Assembly: GCF_003704095.1 (NCBI RefSeq)
Contig: NW_020847079.1
Location: forward strand, 124,001-188,000
DNA length: 64,000 nt
Reading direction: 5' to 3'
DNA from: Pocillopora damicornis
Taxonomy: Eukaryota
This document shows, in pieces, positions 24,901-37,800 of this stretch. Position 1 is the stretch's first letter. Each line of letters starts with the position of its first letter. The notes beneath the pieces were generated by a model, which saw only the letters and a program-made list of their open reading frames with translations, did no database searches and had not been told where the DNA came from. The position numbers and the translations under genes were made by a program.

Positions 24901-27900
24901 GTCATCATCAATTCCCTTCAATTTTTATATAAGTATAAGAGTTTTTTTTCGGCTTTTCTTTCGTTTTCGACGTGCGCCATGATTTTCATGGAAAGAGAAG
25001 CCCACAGCTAGAAAGATACAAATTTGACTTCATATTACATAATTTTATTAGCAAAACTAATCGTTTGTCTTGCCTAAAACAGTCTTAAAGCACTTCAATT
25101 AGCAAATTTCATTGTTAATCATTCAAGCTTACAACAGTGAATATAGGACTAAAAGTGTTACCTAATAAAATGGACCAAGCAGTTCTTCGCTCTTGGCTAA
25201 TCCGCCGATTATCTCTCTCTTCAGCAAGAAGTACAGTCCGCCTTTTGCTGACGTTTTATGACTGTGTGGGATATTCTTTGCCCTGTTTTGAAGAGCTTTT
25301 GTCCTTGTTAAGAACAACATAAATACAACATTGAACCCTCGGCCCTTGCACTTCTGGATTAAACGTGTTGAACCTTGACAGAGAAGAAAAGATTCCATGC
25401 TCCTTTTGCGACCTATGAATTTAGTGCTCTGTTTGCCTCGCTCTTTGTTTGGAGCTTTTTCGAACGACTAGGATCCATCAGTGCTCAATGCTATTATGAT
25501 GTTCTGTCAAAATTTTTTGCATTGATCAATCTCCGTTGTAAAACCCAACTGTAAAACAGTCTTTCTCAAGAGGAATGCCTGCAATACCTGCATTTTAGCT
25601 GTCGCTGCTAAGTTGATTCGTGAACTATTAAGAGTCTAGATGAGAGACCCAATGAAGTGCCTTTTCCTCTGCGTATTAAAATGAATTCTCAGACGGATGA
25701 AGGACCAGTTTTAGTTTCAGTTCAGGCTTGCTACTGAACAACATAACACGGAAAGGCATGGAGTTCCCTAAATAATGTTGCAATTGGATGCAAGTCAAGC
25801 ATATCTTGGAGTCTACTTTGCAAGTTGCATTTTCAGTATTCAATTTACTGAACAATGTTCGAACGAAAGTTAGGTTATCATAAAGAAAAATAAATAATCA
25901 CAACTGATTTTATTTGATGGAACGACCGCACATTAACAACTGTTTGTAGTTTACGGCCAGTTCTATTCAATTATTTTTTCCGGAAACGAGTGCGCGAATT
26001 CCATCTGTGTTCTGTATCACAAATTCAAGGTCATCTTGCCTCGTAATAACATTTACACATTATTCACTTAGACTCCCCTTAATCTCATAAACTGAATTTC
26101 ATCCACGATACTTGACATGTTTGCCTTTCTTTACTCGGCCCTTTCGTCGTCGAAGCATGATTCCAGTTCAATGAAAGTTACTTGAGAGATGCACCCATGG
26201 TTACTCGTCTATATATTTGACATAAAGCCACTTAGCTAGACAGAATTCGAATTCTCGAAATTCGAAGCAGATTCTCTCATCGAAAAGAAAAAGAAATGAA
26301 CTCCGTTGTAGGATTCAAATAAAAAGACAATGGACTGGCACAGAGCTGATTATTTGACCTCATGTACCAAAGATATGGGTTGAAGTAAGTTACTGTGTTA
26401 TCCAGTAGTAAATCAATTCTCCAATTGTGTTAAATAGCGAATTTTAAAAAATTACATAACAAAACTATTAGATTTTTCTTTGCTTGTTTATCAACAAGAG
26501 GTTGATAGCAGAAGGCAAGCCTCTAAAGTGAATTCGAAAAGCCAAGGGTATTGTGTCCATTTGAATTATATTAAATTTTGACAGGCAATTTAGCGTTAAA
26601 TCTCTTCCCTGCCGACTGACCCTGTATAACAATTTCTTAACAAACTGATAACTTTGCATCTCACGGAAATTGCCTTGGCTTGTGACATCGGTATTGTGTA
26701 AAATAACAGCATGAGTGCTGTAAGCTTTCTTTGAACGGTTACATCTAAGTTACTTCCCCACACGATATCTCGACGCAAGCTCTTTCAGTCTTTACCACTG
26801 ATATCAATAACCAACATTGGTGTGATAAGAGCTTCTAAATTTCATTAACAGATCGATTTTAAGAATATACAAAACAAAAAAGGCATCCCATCGAGAATGT
26901 TTACCGAGAAACAAGCTTAAAACCCTGTCAGAAGCAAGTCAGAACATGCATCACAACCTACTTTGAAATTAAGCTGTTGTTAACAACAAGGGACACGAAC
27001 ATCTTATCATCATGATCTTATTCTGATCATTCTTGCTTGTCTCTAGAAAAGAAGTCAGTTTTCGATTACATGTACATTATTCATAGAACCTAAAATTTAC
27101 CACTGTTTTTCAAACACTAAGATGAGAGGATATTGAGTTACTCCTTAAAAAAGATTTGAAACTCAATTTAGTGGAACTCGATCGGATTGGCGTGGTATCA
27201 TCCGACAACAGCCAAAGCGAACAAAATTAGAACATTGATGTGATACATTAAAACATTACAACAGTTTCGAGGCCTTTACTTTAATAGGTCATGTTTTAAC
27301 TGAGGGGAGAAAACATTCTCGCTAGTTGCTCCTTCATAAGTGAGAACTTGATTTTAACAGGCCGACCAAAGTTTAGTATACAAAAAAGATCGGATCTTCG
27401 TGCAAATCTGGCTAATGAAACTCTACGATATGTAACCATCACTCTTCAATTTATTCACTGGCACGACTTAAACTTAACCACGCAATGAACTTCGCCTGTT
27501 CTAAAATTCATAGAACAATGACTAAATGCTTCCTTGAGACAATGAATCCACACTTGCCTTGTGCACATCGACTGAACAGGTAACGAATTTATTGTAAAAT
27601 TTCTAGGGAAACAACCTACGAATATTGTCCTTTGATATTGCCAGTTCTCGTTGCCCAATTTAAAAGCAAGGCAGATCTGAAAAAAACTTTAACGACGCTT
27701 TTAGTGGGTCAGTTACGTTTCACTGGAGTCACTCTGGGCGATGAAAAAAAAGTGATATTGCAAACCATATCGGTAAGAGTTCCATGCTGTAATGGCAATG
27801 CGTGAGAGCTAGCACGTTGTAATGTATAGTTTGGTTGATTTAGGCAAGAGAAATTGTCAGAACAAAAAATATGAAAGGTTTTTCAGAACCGTCCTTATAA

Positions 27901-30900
27901 GAGAATAATTTCATTTAGTCACTAACAGCTTGAAAAATGGAATGTCCTGCTCATCTACGCGTCCTGTTTTGTATCTCTTGAAATTCTTTCCGGCACAGCC
28001 ACGATGGAATAAAATGCTTTCGTGGACAAAGCATAATAATTCATTGTGTACAGTAAGTGAGCAAAGGGCTTTGACCTAGAAATTTTACATATCACCCCGT
28101 ATACCTCAAAGTAACTGAACTTTTGCGCTGCCTTCCAATTCCGTTTGACTAGTAACTGTTTTTGTTGAGTCCGTAAACGAAAAATCATATTTCACCCAAG
28201 TATACAGTACATAACGAAGAAAAATTTTGCGCCATTTTACAATCTTGTTGTTGTGTTTGGAAAAGCGATGTGGATAAGACTATTGGTTTGCCTTCAAATT
28301 AAAAAAGTAATCCAAACGATTCAAATGCAGCTGACAAAATGACGAAGTTATATTTAATGATTCAAGATTTAAGATTTCAACGCACCTGGTCGAGGAAAAA
28401 ATCACGCACGCCTTCCCGGACTGCAATGCAACCTCTTCAGTGGGAGCGCGTCCAAAAAATTAATCCAATGATTACCTCGAAAAGAATCTGTCAAACATTG
28501 CGCAATCAAGGACCGCCCTTTTGAGTCCGATCAAATATTCCGTAGAATTTGTATCTCTTACTCGTATCTCTTACAGTGTATCGTGCAGGAATGAACCAAA
28601 CGGATTCACGACCGGCGTGACATTCACGCATGGTCGGCGTGCCCCGCTTGCAAGCCCCTATTGACGTCATCACGGACAACAAATCATACGCTTCAAATCT
28701 CACTGCCTTTGTGTTTATGATTGATTCTTGCAATCCCTCAATTGTTTTCTTGGTTAGAAGGCTTTGGTTCTGGATCAGTTGTGTTTTATTTGTAGGATAG
28801 TACTGTCGCCACACCGTCAGTTTTTCAATTAAGTATTGTTCGTGCAAGCTTTACGACGCGGACGGCCAATCATAGGCGAGCATTCTTTAACTCATGTTGT
28901 CGCAGCTTGCTCTATCTGGCCGATCGACGTACGGCAGTCTGATCAACTGCCCACATTAAGACAAGATGTCTGCATCAAGCCGAAATTGCTGGCAGAATCT
29001 AAGTATTCATCATGTTGCCGTTAACTATACTTAGCAGTAGGTGAAAAACAGCGTAGAAATTCGGATCAAGGAATCCTAAAAGATAATGTTTCGCACCTAA
29101 ACTAACATTGCACACAGTCATTCAACAAATCAATCAATCATTGAATCATTTGAAAGGTCACTCTACAATGCATGAACGCTTCCACTTCATCAGAGAATAA
29201 CAATTACTAAGAAAAATTTCCATAAATAATAATATTGTCGTCTTAATATTGTCACCAAAAAATTCCCCTATACGTTATTTAAAATGGTGATTTACGGCTT
29301 TCTCGCTTGTTCTGCTCTCATTTGCGAGAACCTTCCACGATATCTGTTTATCTATATATAGAATTGTTTGTATTTCTATTTCTATCACGAAAGCAGAAAA
29401 CAATTTTACGGTAGTTTCGAAACTGGAATATGTTTACCTTTCCACCAAGCAAACCATGGAAAAGATTTTTCTACAGTTTTCAAAAGACTTTACCATCCCT
29501 CTATGAGAAGTACCTGCGATACATCCTTTTAGTCCTTAAACGATATACACTTTCAAAAGGGCTAAAGTTGTGTCTGATGAAAATTTAGCCTGAATTTTCC
29601 AGTTCCGTCATTTGCAATTCGCGTCGATCTTCTTTTTTCCTATTGGTTCCTTTTTCCGTTCTATCTCCATCTCTCCAACGTTTTTTTTTTAGGCTAGCAA
29701 ATTATTGTTTCAGGGTGCATCATTTAAAAATGCCGGTGCGTAGCTTCTTTCTAAAGGAGTTTTAATAAACTATCTACTACGTTTTCATTGAGCATAGTTT
29801 CAGAATCAATCTCTTTCTCCTATAAACTCTGTAGGTTTAGCCTTAATACATTCTGGTCCCATCTCAGAAAGGAGTTCGCACTACTGATTTGTTAATGAAA
29901 ATACGCCGCATTGGTTTCGCACGCAAATGGCTGAGTAATGCTGACATCATAATTCAATCAATCATCTGCAGGGCTCTTATTTCATCAGCTAGGGCAGTTG
30001 GTCTGTTGATTTGTTTAAAAAAGATCGAAACACATGTTGATAGGAGATGTGAAACCATCTGAAAGTACGCAATGTTAACCTTTGAGTACACTGTTTCTTT
30101 GGATCGTGGCTTCAACCATGTTACCCGTTGCAAGTAGCTCAGAAATATTAAGAATTTTAATACGATAAATTCTCACGCCCGAGGACAAAAAAAAAATTGG
30201 GGGATTTCTTTAAAAAAAAAAAGAAAAGATGATTTTTAGCAAAAAAATTAGTTAAGCCTTATAATTCCCTACCATTGGTAACGTTCGAAATGGTCATAGA
30301 GTTCTTAGTAAAAATCTTCGTCTGTCTTGCATGCTTAGACTCCCAGACTTTACGTCCAGTAGTTTCCGTTTTTGTCATAAGTCTATCATGGGCACGGAAT
30401 TGCCTTTCACTTGTTGATCGCGTAAAATGAGGCTTTCGACGGTCGACGAGCAAATATTTGGACCATCGGTCTGTTAAGCCGACATTTCAGAAGATGCAGT
30501 TTCAAACTGAGGTAAAAGAAAGTTCCCAATCCATTAGGAAGCATCAATTGTTCCTACAAAAAAAGTAATGACACCTAATGTATTTCGACACGGGCCGGAA
30601 ATGTTTGTGAATAGGATTAATTAGTGGAATATTTGGATAACCAGCAAAGTAAAAACTTTGTGGCGACATTTTGTTTAGAACTAACTCAGAACTGGGGTGA
30701 ATGGGTGGATATTGACAATTCAATAGGAATCATCAATTATTCATTCGCAATAAAATTAATGAGCAGCCAGTGTATTTCAACACCGGCCGGAAGTGTTTCA
30801 GAACGGATCGGAAAAATGGATCGTACCCTGACAACTGTTTAAGATTAAAATTAAGAAGTTCCCGATGTAGAGAAGAGATACATGAACAACTTACAAAGAA

Positions 30901-32159
30901 AATGGAAGCTGGTTACCTTCTCCAATAACAGCCAGTGTAATAGCCGCTAAACTAAACATACATCGCCACTCTTTCACAACTGGAAAGGAATTTGAAGGTG
31001 CTATTGAAAATCGAACAGGGACCCAGGAACCTGCGGAAATAACTCAGTTTATTGCATTGTCCTCCCCAAAGTATCTCGTAATAACAATTAAAGATCGTAG
31101 ATCTACAAAACTTGCCGGAAGATCTTTAATTAAGTGTGGGAGAAGAAAAATATTTAGTCAAGTAAAGATCTGTGAAAGGAAGTACATCAGATCATTCTAG
31201 TAATAGTCTTTTAGGCGCCCTAACACTATGATTACTCAAATGCTCTTTGTTAGAATAGCACGTTGGAATTCAGGGTGTACTTTGGGATGCCAAAGCGTCG
31301 CGACGCATAGCAAAATATTCTCTTTAAAAGAATCAAGACTACTGGGCTTTAAGGCCTTTTAATCTGAAACTGAAAGGAATTAAACCACATTTGAGCTTAC
31401 GTAAACATTGTTGTTGAGGAGTATATGCAAATTGCGAGCAAGTGCAAACCAGCACGTGCAGTTCGTGCTAAGAACAAAAGACACGGGAAAAATCTGGCCA
31501 ATATCAGAAGTACAACCCAAGCTTGCATCTTAAAGAGTCTTACTGTATTTATCCGGAGTGGATTATCACACATGAAAAATGTTCCAGCCCCTTTAGTACT
31601 TCCGAGTATTTCCTCGTCTCATGTCTACAAACCTATTTCCCGTTGGTCGTAAATGCTGTTCTCTCAAGCTGGTTTTTATGAGAGAGAATTAATGACCTTC
31701 AACAATATTTCCAGAACTCGTTTTCATCTTTGTGTTACCGAAATAAGATATTGTTTACCGTAGGCGCTACCCATGAAATTTTGGTTTGGAGACAATTTTT
31801 CGAACTTGAATCACATTAAGATAGTGAAAGTTTAATCTCTCACCTGAAGCGAATTTGCCATGTTCGTGACTGGGTTATCTAGAAATGGCGACTCAGGAAA
31901 TCATTGTGGTACTCCTCAATAAGCAGGATTCGGGCAGTGCTTCATGTAATCCTGGCCATTTATCAGCATGTCATCTAGGTGGGCTTCAGCTTCTTACTAA
32001 TTTGCATACTCAACGTTTTTATGTGATTACACTAAGCTTCTTTCTAGCTTTCCTCCACTCCGTCTAAATTACGTTGCACCATGAAAACTGAGAACAAGAT
32101 TGTCACTTTGAAAACGTAATTAAAATTCTCCAGCCATACTTGAAAATGGCAATCTTTTC

Positions 32160-32245
32160 GTTCACGCCACACCTCTACTTATGCATGCGCATAATTAGAG
32201 CCTACATTTCCCGCCAAAATCACAAAAGTAGGCAGCCAATGGCTG
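32160..32245. promoter_or_regulatory. Orphan promoter-like motif cluster (KLF/SP, NRF1-like, E2F, CCAAT)
   Basis: gccacacc, gcatgcgca, tttcccgccaaa and gccaatgg all lie within about 85 bp. Confidence 0.4.
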
Positions 32246-33160
32246 CATGTGTCTTCTGCTAGTAGGGATAAAGTAGGCTTGACGAGAATGAGCAGTTTAA
32301 GTACAATTAATAATATAGTTAATCAGAGAAACCATTATTATTATGTAAACCCTATGCAGTGGTCTTCTAAATTTGGTATTGAGGAGTTCAAATCCTCACA
32401 AAGAATCCCTAGTGAAACTGATAAACTTAATGCTTACTTAATGGTACTTTTCGTCAGAAAAAAGACCCTGCTTACGTCAGCTAGTTGTAATGAGCAAATC
32501 AAAGAAATTTCCTTCCTTCTTGCAGAGTTAACTGCTTCCAATACTTTGAAAGGTCTCACATTCACAAACAAAGCAGAACTCTTAGACTGAAAGTTTCCGT
32601 TTTTAATAAATTTGAATAGCTGTATTGACCGGTAGCCTATGTAACGGTGAAATAGGATTTACTACATCTGCTTCTACATTCGCAATACTTCCATTTCCGA
32701 TTGCTTTTCTCCTTGGAGCTCGCACAAGTGTTTGAAATGCTAATTTTGAAGCTAGTAGCCGGTTCTTCAATCCATTTAAGCCGAAAAAGAGGAATTTTGC
32801 TGGGAACTGCGCGCGGCCGCCCGGATGCCATTTTCCTCAATTTCAGTTGATCATTTGTTGTGAACACCACGGGAACGAAAATTGGTCGGAAGAACCCTGA
32901 GCACAGGCGAAACTCCAGCGTATTTAATCGTGTACTCATTAGATTGATTGGGTACGGGGTGTTACCAATTTAATTACCCGCTCGCCTTTTTTCGATGACT
33001 ATTGCCTACTGCTTTCTAAGGCAGTAGACACAAAAATTGTTCCCAAAAATAATTTCATTACCTTTAATCTTTTGCAGGGGAGGAACCAAGTCGAGGTCCT
33101 CAATTCCTCTCCGCGGGGGATTAGGGGAACGTTGTTTCTGGGAACGAACTAGCTCAATAG

Positions 33161-33810
33161 CAAATAAAGAAGCCTTGACTGTGCTCTATTCAGTTGTAAA
33201 GTTCACAGCAAGCGGCTAGGGCACGTCAGTCAGTCACTCAGTCTGTCAACCAGTCAGTCAGCCAGTTAGTCAGTCAGTCAGTCAGTCAGCCAGTCAGTCA
33301 GCCAGTCAGTCAGTCAGTGAATTAGTCTGTGAATCAATTAGTCAGTGAATCAGTCGGTCAGCCAGTTAGTCAGTCAGTCAGTCGGTGAATCAGTTAGTCG
33401 GTCAGTCAGTCAGTCAGTCAATAAGTTAGTCAATTGGAAGGGATGGCTAACGCTCGTTTCGAAGGGCTAACGCTCGAAACGCCGGCTTCTCAGATCTTTA
33501 CTGTGGCCAATTTACGTTATCAACTCAGTTGATGACACCAAGTAACCCCGTTATACTCTCCCACGGACGCAGCACCACAGTTTCTTTGAAAAATTACCCC
33601 TTTATGCAATCGGTCTGCCAGTCAGTCAGTGAACCAGTCAGCTACTTAGGGCGTTAGTCGGCCAGAAAATCGGTCGCCGGGTAAGCCAAAAAAGCAATCT
33701 GTTGGTTAGTCGGTGAGCCTGTCAGGCCGTCAATCGATTAACTGGCACTGCCATCCAAATTGTCATTCAGACAGTCAGTAAGTCAGGCAGCCAGTTAGAC
33801 TGTAAGTCTG
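33161..33810. repeat. Composite repeat: family B fragment + (GTCA)n microsatellite + family A copy (33436-33605)
   Basis: Family B arm at 33161-33224 runs directly into (gtca/gcca)n; a family A segment interrupts the tract. Confidence 0.9.
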
Positions 33811-34327
33811 CCAGTACATCGGCCGGATAATCGTCCGCACCTTGTTCACTCAATAACTCTGCACACAGAAATGAGAGGCATAACATTTCTTCCAAAGCTT
33901 TATTTTCACGCCTTAAATGCAGTGTCGTAAAAGCTTGTCACAGTTCGAAACACAGCGACACTAAAAACTGCGTGCAACGTATCAAACTAATACATTTGAT
34001 CTTACCTTAAACAAATAAAGGTACAAATTTATACTGAAACGATTAACTATAATTGAAATACCGAATATATTCTGATACAAATAATTACACACTCGAGTAA
34101 AATATTATCATCATTTCGTTTCCACAGCATGTACACTAAACATCGCGTTCAATTCTTTGACTGTAGTCCAATCACACGGACTTTAGACGCAGGGGTACAA
34201 AATTATACGCACAGCCTCGACAGGATGACCAATACCAGACAACTCACCAGTGGTGCGAATGTCCCGGACTAATTAAAAAGCGAAGTAAAACAAAACCAAA
34301 GTGATTCCGAATTACTCTGGACACTCC

Positions 34328-34389
34328 CTACGGTGGCCAATTTACGTTATCAACTCCGTTGATGACACTAAGTTACTCCGTTATACTCA

Positions 34390-34421
<32 letters not shown>
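34328..34421 (+). mobile_element. Family A partial copy (in the probable CFAP74 3' UTR)
   Basis: tacggtggccaatttacgttatcaactc...ccgacgcagcaccacagtttctttagaa. Confidence 0.8.
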
Positions 34422-34808
34422 CACGAAATTCGTTTAAAAAGCACACGTTGATTAGTAGTGAAATGACGCAATACAAATGGTAATGCTATGGCGTTGTTAT
34501 TCATTCAGGTTGGGAAGTGTTTCAGTAAAAAATGTGATTATACTCGGAAGCCTGCATCAATTTCAGTTTTCAACGTGGTCGGTTTTCCAACCAAAGAAAT
34601 ACATACATTTTACGGAATTCATCAAAATTGGGCTGCTGTTCAGAAATAAAACAATGGCCTCAAATGAGTGTTAAATAAGATTCTCCTCTAAATTAAATTA
34701 AATAAACCCCTGGACGCTTCTTAGAACGTTTTAAGTATTACGAGTGTCACATTTCGTATGACAAAACTTTACGAAGAGTTATATTTCACAACACGTTTGT
34801 AAGAAAGC

Positions 34809-37800
34809 TCAAGTGTCTTCCGCTAAAGACACCACGTGACCACTAACATCCAGGTCTCTTTGCTCTGTTGTGATTAATCCTTGAAGAAGGATCTTGTATT
34901 GGGTTGTTACGTCACTCTTTACTGTCAACTGTAATAACAAAAAAGTCGGACGAGAAAGGGTTAGTTTGCAACATATCACCATTCCCGGTTCTTGTCAAGG
35001 ATATTATGAATGGTTACGATTGGAATGAATGTTGCAATGAATGGTTACGATTTTACGNNNNNNNNNNNNNNNNNNNNNNNNNNNNNNNNNNNNNNNNNNN
35101 NNNNNNNNNNNNNNNNNNNNNNNNNNNNNNNNNNNNNNNNNNNNNNNNNNNNNNNNNNNNNNNNNNNNNNNNNNNNNNNNNNNNNNNNNNNNNNNCTATG
35201 CCTGACTAAGATGTCTCTCGCTCAACCTGTATATCAGTAACCCGAAGAATTGACTGCTTAAAGTAAAAGCATTTTATGGAGTACCTGACCATTCAAACTC
35301 GCAGCGAAAAAACTATATTTCGTAACACTAAAACCTCGCGATTTTGCGAAAATGGTGTGTTTTGAATCACTTTCACCTCATGTTTTTTGAGTAAGACATA
35401 ACCGGGAAGAACAAGCGAACGTTTAAGACAATGAATGTAACCAAAACTAAAAAGATCACACAATAAACTTACCATAGTACTGGTATTAACAGGTTCATTA
35501 GGCTGTGACAAACAGAAAGGAAATTATACCGTTAACCGGAAAAGTAGCAGAGATTTCAATAACTTTTTCCATAAACGCCAGGTGTAATAGGCAGCTGTGC
35601 CGCAAGGCGAAACCCCGACACGAGACCCTTCTCGCAGGCTCAATAAACTGGAATGCGGTTCGAAAAGTGTGGGTTTGAGTTCTGGTCTAGCTGTTTGTGT
35701 TGTATTTTAAGGCAAGATACCAGACTTTCACAATGGTTCTGTCTACCCAGGGGGTATGGGTGGGAACCCTGTGAAGAGCTGAGGGAGGGGAGGAATGTGG
35801 TACCTTCAATGAAGTTGCATCTTATCCAAAGGGAGTGGTAATACCCCAGTCGTAGTCTTCATCAGCATACGTTCAAGTTGCGTGGACAACTTGGCGTGTA
35901 AGAGAGACTTACATTTTTTTATCATCAAATGTGTTCAGGCTGTGTTGTTACTTTTTTAAAGAGGTGAGGCTTTTAGACTTGGCAGTCATTCTACGTCTCC
36001 CTCTTGGGACCGCTTCATTTGGAATGGACTCTTATCTATCGACGACCATTTAATGTCCCCGGGAATAAAAATATTTCTTTTTACTCAAGCAAACTTGTTT
36101 TAGCTGTGAAGCTAGACGTGCAGGAACAGGACGTTTTATACTCAGGACCAAAAATGGTCGCCTCACTCGAAAGGGTTATTTACCGAATACACTACGCTGG
36201 AGATATTACAATTAGTGAAAGCACGAAGGTCTTGATATGAAATGACTTCTACGTTCTCATGTAATAACATTCATTTTTCCAAAAAAAAAAGTTTGTACCA
36301 CACCTTAATTTGAAACGGATAGGCTTTCAGAAATAAAAAAGGCACATGCCTATTTGAAGCAAGAGATAATCTTCCTCAAAAGACGACGTGCCTCTTTAAA
36401 AGAGGAAATGAAACTCAAGTGAAGAATACTTACATCATGCCCAGCTGGCGGTTGCCATCGAAACACAATGTTCTTTTTCACGCCAATGTCAACTCCCGCC
36501 TTAAATAGCATAAATAAAACAATGCATAAATAAATAAATAAATAAATAAATAAGATATAAACAGCTAGCCAGACCTTCGTGGAACAAAATTAAATACGGC
36601 AACGCTCATAATCAGAAAAAAAACTAAATATTACCAAATAAGGGGCGAAAAATAATTTTCAATCATGTAGAGTAATTTGCGCGAGAGTGGTACTGAAAAC
36701 GACTTTTCTCAGGGACAGTGACGTAACAAAAACAACAAACAAACCTTTTGAGGCTCAAAGGAGAATCCCAGTTCGTTAGCTTCTTTGGGATTGTCGAAGT
36801 AAAAGTCACTTGACTGAACGGAAAACAAACACAAAGATTAGTATTTAAAAAAAAATGTTACGGTTTTCTATGGCGTATTTAAGGATGAAGTTTTCATGTA
36901 CCTTTTTAGTTTGTATACTGGACTTAATACAGCCAATTTCCACGGCTCTTTCCACAGCCTCATATCCATCAGGAGTTGATACGCTCTTCATTGTAAGCAG
37001 AACTGTTTTCTGGATTGCTTTTCCCTCTGAAAAAAAAATTGTAGCAATGATGTTGATGTTAAAAGTGCGCAATTCATGTCTGCATACATTCAAATGCACT
37101 TAACAACCCTGCGAGGTGGCTCTTATCAACAAGGGCGGGCTGAGCCTATATCTTAACCCTTCGACCCATAAGAGTGACTGACATCTAGCTTCTCCTTACA
37201 ATATCACCCCTGAAACACACATTAAGGTCATGAGAATAAAGGAAATGATCACCAGGTAAAGAAGTTCTTGATTGTTAAACAAATTCTCCTTGTCAGCACC
37301 TTAAGAAATGTATGGAAAACTGCATTGGGAATATGCACACTGATGTTAGGACGTAAAAGGTTAATGTATGCACGCATAAAGCGCGCGCAGGTCTTGGGTG
37401 CTTTAGGATATTGGTGTAAAACACCAAGACTTTTACGAGCAAAGTCTAACCAACCTTCGAAAACCTTCACTTCAAGAGCTCGGCACTCCCCAAACCCAAT
37501 ATTTGTCAAACCTGACAACTGGCTGTTTCTGAATCCGACATATCACAGGCCCGACACTTGACCGAATCTTACAGTTTTCGAGTTCGGCAATCCCCGAACC
37601 TGAAACTCTAAAGAACTAAGGGTGCGAAGTAATTATTGATTACCTGCAATTCATAGTAGACGAAGGAGAGCAACGACACAAGGGAAATTTGATCTAATCA
37701 GTCAAGAAAAGCTTCCACCATAAAATATAAAATACTCAAGAAAAATACTACTGCAAAATTTTCTGTTCTAGAAACCTGACCTTCATCTTCCTCCTCCTCC

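Noticed and set aside
22700-31700. Short intergenic ORFs of 60-113 aa
   Set aside because: No recognisable domains or exon chains; lengths are consistent with chance.
16200-33120. Otx/Crx TAATCC sites around SAMD11
   Set aside because: The count (about 14) is close to my composition-based expectation for a 6-mer over this length.
37455-37600. Possible CFAP74 exon between 37781 and 37026
   Set aside because: The flanking exons join in phase without it; it holds only a short direct repeat.
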